55,465 nt of DNA, taken from NCBI RefSeq assembly GCF_000743755.1, contig NW_014569516.1, positions 1 through 55,465 of the forward strand. Reading direction: 5' to 3'. Below, in pieces: positions 1-11,064 of this stretch (position 1 is its first letter; every line of letters begins with the position of its first letter). The notes under the pieces were generated by a model. It saw only the letters and a list, made by a program, of their open reading frames with translations. It searched no databases and was not told the DNA's origin. This stretch comes from Blastocystis sp. subtype 4. Taxonomy: Eukaryota. A program made the position numbers and the translations under genes.

Positions 1-265
1 ATTGAAGTGAATGTATGATCCATAGCAAATTGATGACGATACATTGCAAGCATTACTCGAGGAAATTGGATTAGTATCCTCGGTATATCACAAACCTGCT
101 GAGAGCTTCATCACTCCGAGTGTGGGACCGAAACCAATTGAGGAGACTGGAGATGAAGGGAATGTAGAGTTAGAAGAAAGTGAGGAGGAAAGTGAGGAAA
201 GTGAGGAAGATGAGGACATCTTTGAAGAAGAGGAAGAGAGTAATGATGCCAACTTTGTGTTTTGA
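1..265 (+). CDS. 3' end of an unidentified gene with an acidic C-terminal tail (partial)
   Basis: Open frame ending in an E/D-rich tract and TGA at 263-265; the gene starts upstream of the window. Confidence 0.6.
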
Positions 266-425
266 TTGTGCTGTAAATGGTTTGTTTATTGGGATATAGA
301 AAACAGATGTGTAATAAAATATTGCCAATTTTGGGAATTACTTAAACCACTATACAGTTCATATATAATAAGAGTATTGTAATTACTGAACACGTTCCTT
401 AACTAGTGGATCTCTACTCATACAT

Positions 426-851
426 ATGAATCCTATAAGTTCGAATAGTTCGAACTTGAACGAAATCATTGAATATGATGATTCAATCAACCTAAGTAGA
501 GTTTGATGATTGCAGTGTTATGTAGATGAACAAGCGCATTTGAACAAGATAGTCCCATTCTTTCAATTGCTGCAGCAGAACAGTCGTACAAACGAGCTAT
601 CTCTCATCAATGATGACGATGGTGGTATGGAATACAGAATCAAGGCGCGAAAGAAGGAGATGGATAAGGATTTTCCTCTCCGCATTCAAGAGAACCAAGA
701 AACCAATCGTCTATCTCAAAGAGATTTTCAAGAGAATCAACCTCAAGTCCCAGACCCTGATCAGTGGAATAGTAATTATCTAGAATCTAGTATCATGCCA
801 TCTCTATTTGTGTTGTACAATAATGCTCATTCTACTGTTTTCAACAAATAA
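426..851 (+). CDS. Hypothetical small protein
   Basis: ATG at 426; a 30-nt GT-AG intron (gtagagtttg...atgtag) joins it in frame to ORF 510..851; no recognisable motif. Confidence 0.4.
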
Positions 852-852
852 A

Positions 853-2369
853 TTACAAGAAGCTCTTTACCTGATCAATACTGGTGATCTCTCCAGCATA
901 GGCCTTTTCAATATCCTCAACAGTACGAGGAGCAGGAGTGATATCTTCACATCCATCCTTGGTAATGTACAAATCACACTCAATTCTGCATCCACCAATA
1001 GGATAGTACTCCATCACCTTCTCCCAGTTCACGAACTTGTTCAAGTTCTCATCCTTCTTAATCATATCGATACAACAGTCAACGAAATACACGCCAGGCT
1101 CCACAGTAATCAGCATACCCTCAGCCAGATCACGCTTCGTACGCAGAGACTTGTAGCCCATACGAGTATCACGAACCATTCCCTCCGTGTAACCGCCCAC
1201 ATCATGGACATCGATTCCCATAAAGTGACCCAGACCGTGAGGCATGAAGTATCCAGCAACATTGGACTTAAGGATCTCCTCCTCATCACCCTGGAACAGA
1301 CCCTCCTTCAAGAAGTGCTGAATCATGATACGGTTGGAAAGAGTATGCATGTCAACCCAGTTCACACCAGGCTTCATAGCCTTCTGGCAAGCACGATTCA
1401 TATCCAAGACAGTCTCATAAATGAATCTCTGCTTAGGAGAGAACTTTCCATTCACAGGACACACAGTAGTAATATCACAAGCATAACACTTGTACTCAGA
1501 TCCCATATCCATCAACAGCCATTCTCCATCATGCATCTGACGGTCATTGGGAGCACCAGCATGTCCATAGTGAAGAATGCTGCTGTTACGACCAGAGGCG
1601 CAAATGGGAATGAAGGAAAGCTGACGGCAACCTCCCTTGAAGTAGTTAGAGTGAATGAATACTGACTCCACCTGAGACTCATAGATCTCAGGCTCGATAG
1701 CACGCATGTTATCGAGATGAGCCTGAGAACCAATACGTCCACAGTAACGATAAATCTCCATCTCCTTAGGAGTCTTGATCACACGGCACTCCGTGATTGC
1801 TTCAAACAGATACTTCTTATCCACATTGTACTTCTCAATTCCCTCAAATGAAGCAGGCTGAGCGAAGTTACCACTATCTGAGTTCTGTCCATAAGTGACA
1901 TAGACTACTTCAGGAGCAAACTTCTCTAAGTAAGCATTCATATCATCAGTGTAAAGAACTTCATCAACCTTGTACAGATCCTTGTAGTACTCAGGGGTAT
2001 GAATAGGGCCCATCCAAACAGCGAAGGACTCAGGAAGATGAGGAATGAACAGAATAGCCTTCTTGGTATCAGTTTCAATAGCACCATAGAAATCAGGCTC
2101 CTTCACTCCGAAGAGGTAATGGAACTTGCTGTCCTGACGGAAGAGGATATCCGTATCTACAAGTGAACAACCTTTCGAAATCATACCAGCCTCATAACGG
2201 GTTGTTTGCTTTCCACCTTCAAGAATGCAAATACCGTGCTTCTTTCCAGCCTCCTTCTCCAATCTGTCAATGACGTTGGAACGGATTTCCTGATACATCG
2301 TCATATCAATTTCAAAGCTATAGGATCAATCCTGACATGCAAAACAAACGGCTTAAAGACACCAGCCAT
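853..2369 (-). CDS. PEPD: Xaa-Pro dipeptidase (prolidase, M24B)
   Basis: Motifs LFRQDSKFHYLFGV, ILHYGHAGAPND, LMDMGSEY..DIT, MPHGLGHFMGIDVHDVGG, TVEPGVYF, GGCRIECD. A 32-nt intron gives the start MAGVFKPFEIDMTMY; an in-frame 30-nt intron lies at 2157-2186. Confidence 0.93.
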
Positions 2370-2792
2370 ATTACTTACAAAAGATCCAAATAAATAGTGG
2401 AAAAGAATTCTACGTTTAGAACCTTCGATATTATTAATAGGGACTTTATAATTGGGACAATTGGGTCCTCCGACTGAAACACAATTAATCACATTCAAAA
2501 AAGCACGTAGAAGTGATAGAACATATTACAGTTGAAGTGTAATAGATTATATGCATTCTTTGAGAAAACCGAAAGATGACTAAAACAAGCAGGAGTGAGA
2601 CGTTCTATAGGAATGTATTGCAACTGCTCAACGTGTTCTGTGAAGTAAAGAAAGAATAAGGTGGATACAGATATACCATGAATACCGCTGTTCCATCCAT
2701 AATTGTCTGGTACAAGGCGAATCATCGTGATTCACATGTTTATAGCCATAAAAAGACACCAACACTCATCGAACTTCCTATTTTCCCACAAT

Positions 2793-5347
2793 ATGGAGTA
2801 CTTGCAACCTACTGAACTACAGAAGCAAATCTCAATTGTTCCATAGTATCTTAGACAAAGTTTTCACTATCACTAATCTCTCAAAAGATGATGAAAGGGT
2901 CGGAATCATCCGAGAACAATGAACGGACAGTAATAGATGTAGTCGATAAAGAAATTCAATATATCAGATGGTCAGTGGAACGATTCTTTCTTCAATGTTA
3001 TGAATGGCCAATTTCTTCTAAGCTAATTGAGACGGAGTATCCTTCTCTCTCCGATTTCTGTATTCATTATTCGGAGTGAGGTAAAAGTGTGTATTGTTAC
3101 GAATAGTATGATTACTTCTGTATTGGACGAGCTTCGTTCGGATCCAGTTGGCCATACAATGATCTTGCTTCAAAATCCTTTGTTTGACGAATTACATCAA
3201 GAGTCTGTAAACGAAGAGAAGAAAGAAGAGGAAAAGAGTATTAGAATTGTGCTATTGTGATTGTAGATCCCAAACTGGAATATCTAGAAGAGATTGCAAC
3301 AATGAATGCTATCTTGTTAAAGAAGATGGAAGCTGAAGCGTTGACGGTGAGTGCAGAACAGCAAATGTTATTGGACAAGAATGCTTCCTTGAGTGCCTCA
3401 ATACCTGAGGAGAAATCGGTCTCTGTAAAGGATAAAGAAGTAGACAGAACTCCTGATATAGAGAAGGATCGCGGTATTGAAAAGAAAGTGATTGTATCTA
3501 AAGAGGTGGAAGAATCGGAGGATGATTGGGAAATGACGCCTGCTACAACTAGTTCAGACAAGAAAGTGTTAGTAAAAGAAGAGTCGAGTCAGATGGATAA
3601 TGTTTCGACTAAACAGAATGTGACAAAGGAACAATCAGCTGATGATTGGAATGTGACTTCTGCTATGCGGAGGACAAAGAGAAGTAAGGTGAGGAAACAG
3701 TCAAATGATGATTGGAAAGTAACTCCTGCTGTGAGCAAATCTAAACGGAATGTAACCGTGACCATTCAATCTGATGATGATTGGAAAGTGACTCCTGCTG
3801 TGAACAAGTCTAAGCAGAATGCAACAGAAGAACAATCAGATGATGACTGGGAAGTAACCCCTGCTGTTACTAAGTCGAAACAGATTACAACAGTCGTCGT
3901 TCAATCTGATGATGATTGGGATATGACTCCTGCTACAACCCAACCTAAGCAAAAGGCGACAATGACCATTCAATCTGATGATGATTGGGAAGTGACTCCT
4001 GCTGTGAACAAGTCTATACAGAATACAACAGGAGAGCAATCAGATGATGACTGGGAAGTGACTCCTGCTACAACCCAATCTAAGCAGAAGATCACGGTGA
4101 AAGAGGAGTCGAATCAGCGCACTGTTGCACGCAAGTCAGAGAAGAACGTAACCACCGCTCAGTCAGATGATGATTGGGATGTGACTTCTGCTATGCGGAC
4201 GACAAAGAGAAGTAAGGTGAAGAAACAGTCAGATGATGATTGGGATATGACTCCTGCTGTGAATCAGTCCAAACATAATCAGAAGGTGGCAGTGAATACT
4301 CAATCTGATGATGACTGGGATATGACTCCTGCTGTTACTAGGTCTAAACAGAATGCAACAGAAGAACAATCAGATGATGATTGGGATGTGACTCCTGCTG
4401 TGAGCAAATCTAAACAGAATATGACAGTGACTGCTCAATCTGATGATGGTTGGGATGTGACTCCTGCTGTGACTCAATCCAAACGTAACGGGAATGTAGT
4501 AGTGACTATGCCATCTGATGATTGGGATGTAACTCCTACAACCCAAACCACAAAGAATATATTGACTCCTCAATCGGATGATGATTGGGAAGAGACATCT
4601 GTGACTCAATCCAAACCTACACAAAATGCAACAGAAGATCAATCAGATGACAACTGGGAAGTGACTCCTGCTGTGAACAAGTCTAAACAGAATGTTACTG
4701 TGACTGCTCAATCTGATGATGACTGGGAAGTGACTCCTACAATCCATACCAAATCTGTACAGAGTGCAACAAAAGAACGATCAGATGATGATTGGAAAGA
4801 AACTCCTTCAACTCAACCCAAACAGAATACCATGTCTGTTCAATCAGATGCTGATTGGGAATCACCCTTTTCCAAGTTACCATTAGCCACTCTGCCAAAG
4901 CGTGGTCGATCAACACGTCGCTCCAAGAAGCCACTCCCACTACCTACTAACAATGAACCAGCATCTCTTCCAGCACTCCAGACACGACCACGAGGGAGCA
5001 GGAGGAAAGCTAAGACGAAACCCATTCATTCCAGTGAGAATTCAACAGAGAAAGATGAAACTCCCATTAGTGAGGGTGTGATAAAGGAAGTTGACTGGAG
5101 TGCAATTCTTACTTCAGAGTCGTGGGGGAATCAAGAACCTTCCAGTCAGCTTCAACCTGACGTGCCGAATAATGATGCATTCTCTTTCTTTGACTTTTCT
5201 ATGTCTGTACCTGAGCCAGAAGAAACAGTTTCTCTTTCTACTACTACTGTTGAACAAAATGAACGAGTAGATACCATTCTTCAGTCGCTTCCAGATTTAT
5301 CTGTTTTTGCTAATGAGGTAATTGCATTGGATTACAATGATTTTTAG
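2793..5347 (+). CDS. Large low-complexity protein with 19 SDDDWxxTP repeats and a C-terminal LPDLS motif (possibly an aftiphilin/synergin-like adaptor); 5' end uncertain
   Basis: 696-aa open frame 3257..5347 plus upstream exons probably joined by ~30-nt introns; TGTTTGTT at 5379-5386. Confidence 0.6.
3512..4870 (+). repeat. Intragenic coding repeat array, 19 degenerate copies of CAATCWGATGATGAYTGGGAWGTGACTCCTGCT
   Basis: Counted in the translation: QSDDDW[EDK][VM]TPA units, mostly ~21-24 aa apart, with mutually similar spacers. Confidence 0.9.
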
Positions 5348-5401
5348 AACATCCTTTTCTAGTTTTTACACAATGATGTGTTTGTTTGTTGCAAGTACAA
5401 A

Positions 5402-5886
5402 ATGGCCGAAGATCATCGAAAAACCGGATTTGATAAAACTATAACACTTGAAGATATCAGAGAACAAACTGAATTGTTTACAAAGGAACGCGATTGGGAT
5501 CAAGTATGTTTGTTATTGAAGTGATGATTTTAGTATCATATTCCGCGTAGTTTGCTTCTTGCAATGGTAACAATGGTGTTTCAAGGTTCAGAGGTAGATG
5601 GGTGAAGTTGGTGAAGTATGTGAGATTCTACAGTGGAAAGGAGAAGTACATCCAGGTGTTCCTGAATTAACAGAAGAAGAGAAGGTTCATCTAGGAGAAG
5701 AGCTCAGTGATGTCTTAATTTATCTCATCCAGTTAGCTGGTATCGATATGTAATTCGTAATCAAGTTTAGATTGTTGTGACATTGATCTTCCTCAAGCAG
5801 CCCTTCGAAAGATGAAATTGAATGCTAAAAAGTATCCAGTCGAAAAGGTGAAAGGTTCTAGCAAGAAGTACGATGAATACAGCTGA
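5402..5886 (+). CDS. DCTPP1: dCTP pyrophosphatase (MazG-like all-alpha NTP pyrophosphatase)
   Basis: Three 30-31-nt introns give ERDWDQYHIPRSLLLAMMGEVGEVCEILQWKGE...LGEELSDVLIYLIQLA...KMKLNAKKYPVEKVKGSSKKY*. Confidence 0.9.
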
Positions 5887-6021
5887 ACAATCTCTAACCC
5901 CCTCAATTTGGTACATACAATTCTTCGTGACCTTATTTGTTTGTTTGTTGAAGAATCATCAGTCTGGCAAAATATCCCCATTATTTGTCACTCTATGATT
6001 TCTTCATAGGAAAGCTTTAGA

Positions 6022-7121
6022 ATGTCTGAAATTGATACTGTTATTGTTCATCCTATTGTGCTCCTTGGAATCACGGACCATGTTAGGAGAATGTCAAAAA
6101 TGTCAAGAGGACGAGTTATGGGTGTTCTCCTAGGATCACATCAAAATGGTACTGTAGATTGCGCTACTTCCTTTGCAAGTAAGACATTCTCTTTCAGTTC
6201 CATGTTTAGTTCCCTTCGAAGAGAATAAGACTACAAATGTGTGGTTCTTTGATACAGACTATCTCGAGAAGATTGAGAAGATGCAAAGACGAATTAATAG
6301 TCTCTTGTTGTTTTCTTTGTTCATTCCCTAGTTCGCGAAAAGATTGTGGGATACTACAGTTCCAGTAACAAGTTAAATGCTATCGACCTTGAAATTGACG
6401 AGATGTTCCGGAAATACTGTCCTAATCCTGTCTATGTCACACTCGATATCCACAATCAAATTGGCGATGTCCCTGCAAAGGCTTACATGACAGAAGAGAT
6501 TATTGATCGAGTAGCTTCCTTGTCTTTCTCTGAGTGTAGAGTGGTCGTGAAGGAGAACGCATGTTTAAGCAATTGAATGTGAAGATCGAAGGACTACCAA
6601 TCGAGGAAGCTGGAGTACAGCATGTCCTTCGTGGCATTCGTGATTCTTCAGTGGTGTCGATTTACAATCAAGTTTTCCTTGTGGTACAGAGTCATCTCTA
6701 GATCAACGATAAAGTAGTATCGTTACGAGGAATTGAAGATCGATTGAAAACATGTATTGATTATATCGATTCGTGTTCCCCTACAAACCCACCAAATGCA
6801 GAAATTATGAACGAACTACAAGGAATTGTGAATATTCTTCCTAATCTTCATGTATCATTTGATAGTCTGACTGATTTGTAGTTGGATTCCATTCAAGAAG
6901 CAATGACAACCAAAACCAATGATATTTATATGGTAGAGACTGCGAATGCATGATGAATGTAGGTATTGTACTTGAGTACGTTAGTTCGCACAGTCGTGTC
7001 ATTACACGACCTGGTAAAGTCAAAGGAAGATGCATTAAAGAAGACAGAAAAGAAGGCAGCTGTATTGGAGATGGAGGATAGTGATGATGATATGTTCTTC
7101 TATTATGACTATCATGTTTGA
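6022..7121 (+). CDS. PSMD7: 26S proteasome lid subunit Rpn8 (MPN domain)
   Basis: VIVHPIVLLGITDH, RVMGVLLG, SFAxPFEE, REKIVGYY, EEAGVQHVLR, TNDIYMVLYLSTLVRTVVSLHDL; multiple ~30-nt introns. Confidence 0.9.
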
Positions 7122-7139
7122 CTTTATAACAAAGATACC

Positions 7140-8339
7140 AAATTCGTTCATATAATGCTACACATGCAACAACCTTTTCATGACCTGTATAATGACGAAC
7201 AATTCGACCTGATTTGATATCCCACAGACGACAAGTATTATCTGAAGAACCTACATAAACAGATCTACTCCAAGTTTACATGATACCAGATTCTTGCTAT
7301 CACACGAGAAACAGCAATCCCACACATACTTCTAACAATTAATCAATCCTGAAAACTTTACTTCATGTCCAATCAATTTGGAACTGAGTTCAAAGGATTC
7401 TGCATCCCATAGTTTGATGCTCCGATCTGCAGATGCTGTTGCTAAAATTCTACCATTCAAATAATGTTCTTTCAAATACTTATTATTGGGAGAGATTGAA
7501 CACGCCAAGATGAAATCATCATGAGCGTGAAACATGAATTGTGGTTGAATATATGAACTACCTCATATTCCTATCACAAACCTACTCTGAATATTTCCAT
7601 ACATATACATTCCCCTTTTTGCTACACGCTACTAGCTACAAATCACATATCATCATCAATCATACAGTCTCTCCATCGTGACTAATTGTCATTGCATGAA
7701 GAGGAACATTATCGTCTGGACACCATAAAGAACAGCAATCTATCATCAATACCATTTCAACACGAAATCGTCCAGCTACAATGTCCCAAACACGAACGTA
7801 ACCACATTCATCTGCCATTACAATTTCCTTCTAGATATGATTTTCTGAATCTGAACGAACCTGGTTAGGATGCAGCATGCATCCATTGATCCCTCCACGA
7901 GATTCAACACTGTTGGTACACACATTGGTACGAATGTCCCACAGTTTGCAACACCGATCGTCTCCCGCTGTATAAATCCATTTCCCTTCTCTGTTAAATC
8001 CGATCTTATTCACCGAGGCTTTGTGTGCTTCAGGATTCGAAAACTACACTATTACATAATATTCAATCGCCAACCTTTGGACTTTGTCTTTCCGATTCTG
8101 TTTCGTATAATTTGAATGATTTCACAGAACAAGCCGCTAAAAGCGTCCCATCCGGAGAAAATGTGATAGAATTCACTGGCTATAAATCACTTCTACAAGA
8201 TATCAAGAACCATTTTGACTTTCAGCTCTGGATTATCCTCATACTTCAGAGTTCGCTTCGTATGTCCTCCAGAGATATCCCAGAAACGGATCGTTGTGTC
8301 ATATCCTGCTGAAGCCAGCAGAACATTCCTAGAAGCCAT
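7140..8339 (-). CDS. LST8: TOR complex subunit LST8 (WD40); stop probably completed by polyadenylation
   Basis: LASAGYDTTIRFWD, WIYTAGDDRCCKLWD, LHPNQ, ISPNNKYL, ATASADRSIKLW, VWDCCFS, YTGHEKVVACVAL; no in-frame genomic stop near the expected C-terminus. Confidence 0.9.
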
Positions 8340-8492
8340 GATTCTTGAAGAATCTCGATTTTGTCAATTCCCAAATTCAGTCAAATAATCCTCATTTCTC
8401 CCGTGGTTTTTCCAACTTTTGCTAACTCTGTTTCGAGAGGCGAAATCCCTACATTTTCTCAGTTAGTTGTCTGGAGTCTCGATTTGATAGAA

Positions 8493-9322
8493 ATGTCAAT
8501 TAAAAGTGTCAGTAATGCAGAAGGAGACGAAGTTCCTTGTGATGCGATGATGAAGATTGCTCTTATTGGTGATTCATGTACCATAATGTCTCTAGCTGAT
8601 TCTAATCTGTAGCTGTGGGAAAGACGTGTCTCTTGAACAGATACGTTGAAGGAACCTTTTCTTCCGAGTTTTATACCACAATCGTAGGATCTTGATGTAT
8701 ACAAGGATTAGACATATAGGGTATTGACTATCGCACTAAAGTGGAAACCATTGACGATAAGCTCTGCAAATTGGAAGTAGGTTGATATTCTTGGATATTC
8801 AGCAACAGATCTGGGATACAGCAGGCCAAGAGCGTTTCCGTGCTGTGACCAAGTCCTACTTACGTGATGTATCTGTATTTGCTTATTTTCAATCTCATTT
8901 TTCAGGGAGTCCTCCTTGTATTTGATATTACAACTCGTGACTCCTTCAATAACGTATCAACATGGATCCACCAAATCGAAGAAGTAGTCGCTTGTTTATC
9001 GATAATTAGAAATAGAGCGGTGCTGAAGATGTTTGCTGCATTCTTATTGGTACTCATGGAGATCTTCAAGACAAGCGAACCGTATCTGATGAAGAGATCC
9101 AAGAATGTGCATCCTCATTGAATTATTCCTTCTTCGTTACAAGTGCGGTTGATGGAACCAACGTAGTGGAAGCCTTCCGAGCTCTTGCCAAATTGATTTT
9201 AAACAAGTCAAAGAAGGACGAAAAGGAGATTAAAGGTGAGAAATAAGGATTGGAAATGAGGTGAAGGAACTCCCGTAGCTCTCTCGGATATCAAGAAGGA
9301 GAAGAATGGATGTGCTTGTTAA
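8493..9322 (+). CDS. Rab-family small GTPase (Rab1/Rab8-like) with atypical G4 motif
   Basis: [32 protein letters not shown] and a C-terminal CAC prenylation motif; several short introns. Confidence 0.9.
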
Positions 9323-9599
9323 TTTATTACCGTTTGGTTATGCTTTTTCTGTTCATATTCGTTGCGTTTGCTTGTTTGTGATTATCACTCAATAACCACG
9401 GTTCTTTTCTCACCTTTCTAAAAGCGGTAGAAATCCTTATTGGAGGTTCCTTCGTATTGGTAGGGAGTGACTCAGTGTTCAGCAAGCCAGGAGACATTTG
9501 AATTCGTTGTTTTCATGCGGGTTCAAGTTGCTTGGGATGAACTCTTTGTTGCGGGGTGATTTGTTTTTTCGGAACTGTAACTAATCATGTTGTAGAAGA

Positions 9600-11026
9600 A
9601 TGTCGCTAGTGAACATTGGAAAGAGTGACGATCCAGCTTATCGTTACAAGATGCCTAAGCTCCAGTCTAGAACGGAAGGACGTGGTAATGGTATCAAGAC
9701 TGTTTTGGTCAATGCATCGGCAGTGGCCGACGCCCTTCACAGACCTTGTTCATATTTGCCCAAAGTAGGAATTTGTTTTGGTTGTTCATTTATAGTACTT
9801 TGGTTATGAGCTTGGTGCCCAATCTAAATATGATTCTAAAGAAAACAAAGCATCCGTCAATGGTGATCATCCCAATCCTGATCTAATCAAGATTCTAAAC
9901 AAGTTCATTGATGAATACGTGCTCTGTCCTGTCTGCAAACTTCCTGAAACATCATTGATGCTGAAGCATAAGAAGGATCTTTACCATCATTGTGATGCTT
10001 GCGGAGCAGAGACTCTGATCGAAGCAAACAGCAAGATGAGTAGCATTAGATTGATCCTCTGATTATAGATACCTTTATTGTGAATGAGATGACAAAGGGA
10101 ATGGAAGGTAAGGAAAAGAAGGCAAAGAAGACAAAGAAGACTGAAGAAGGAGACGCAGTATCTCCAGTAGGTGAAGAAAAGAAAGAGAAGAAAGAACATA
10201 AGCATAAGGAGAAGAAGGAGAAGGAGAAGAAAGAGAAACATAAGGAGAAAAAGGAGAAAAAAGAGAAAAAATCTTCTACTACAGCCTTCTGTAAGAATGA
10301 ATGAATGTGTTAATGAGTAGTGAATGCTGTGAAGATGGTGTGTGAAAAAGTGATTCCTGATACTACACCTGAAGGTCTAGCGGATATTGTGAAGGATGTA
10401 CAGAATGATTCATCTCTTTCTGTCGGTGATCGTGCTGCTCTTGCTTTGTATTCAGTTCTTGTCAACATTACTGTGTATACCGATATTCCCGCGGTTCTTG
10501 AAAAGTATAAGAAAATGGTTACAGATGTGAGTATGAATGAATAGAATGATGTATAGTTCATTACCAAAGCCTCAGCTGAAGAAAGAGTGTTGATTGCCTT
10601 GGAGTTGCTTACCTTCAAAACTCCATCTCTTCGTGCTTATTTTGCTGCAATTTTGAAAGTAAGATACATTCATGGATTGAAGAACAGTTCATGTACGATG
10701 CTGACATCTTGAGTGAAGACGTGATTCTGAAATGGTCAGAAGAGCCTTTGAAACACCGATTCAGTTGTATTACAGAGAAGTACATCATAGAACTACATGA
10801 TGCTGCTGAACCTATGATTGACTGGTTGATGTAGGATTTAAGAATGATAGTGATTAATAGGAATGCTGAGGTTAGTGGAGAGGAACTGAGTGGAAGTGGA
10901 GATGTGGTTGAAGAAGGTGCTGAGAATGTTGAAGAAGAGGCTGAAGAAGGTGCTGAGGAAGAAGTTGCAGAAGAGGATGATGACGAGGAAGAGGATGATG
11001 ACGACGACGAGGAAGATGACGAATAA
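9600..11026 (+). CDS. EIF5: Translation initiation factor eIF5
   Basis: [50 protein letters not shown] zinc ribbon, K/E-rich linker, W2 domain ([19 protein letters not shown]), acidic tail. Confidence 0.93.
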
Positions 11027-11064
11027 GGGGCATACTGTTTAGACTTTTTTGTTTGTTAGTATTT

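Noticed and set aside
808..1665. 285-aa + strand ORF
   Set aside because: Antisense shadow of prolidase with no recognisable motif; explained by codon bias.
2400..2790. Short ORFs between prolidase and the repeat gene
   Set aside because: No consistent spliced model or motif could be built.
3037..3076. 40-nt GTATCCTTC...AG U12-like intron
   Set aside because: A canonical 31-nt intron (3076-3106) joins the same frames and the branch signal is weak; not fully excluded.
3512..4870. Repeat-spacer pattern resembling a CRISPR array
   Set aside because: Repeats vary mainly at codon level within one open frame, spacers resemble each other, the context is eukaryotic and there are no cas genes.
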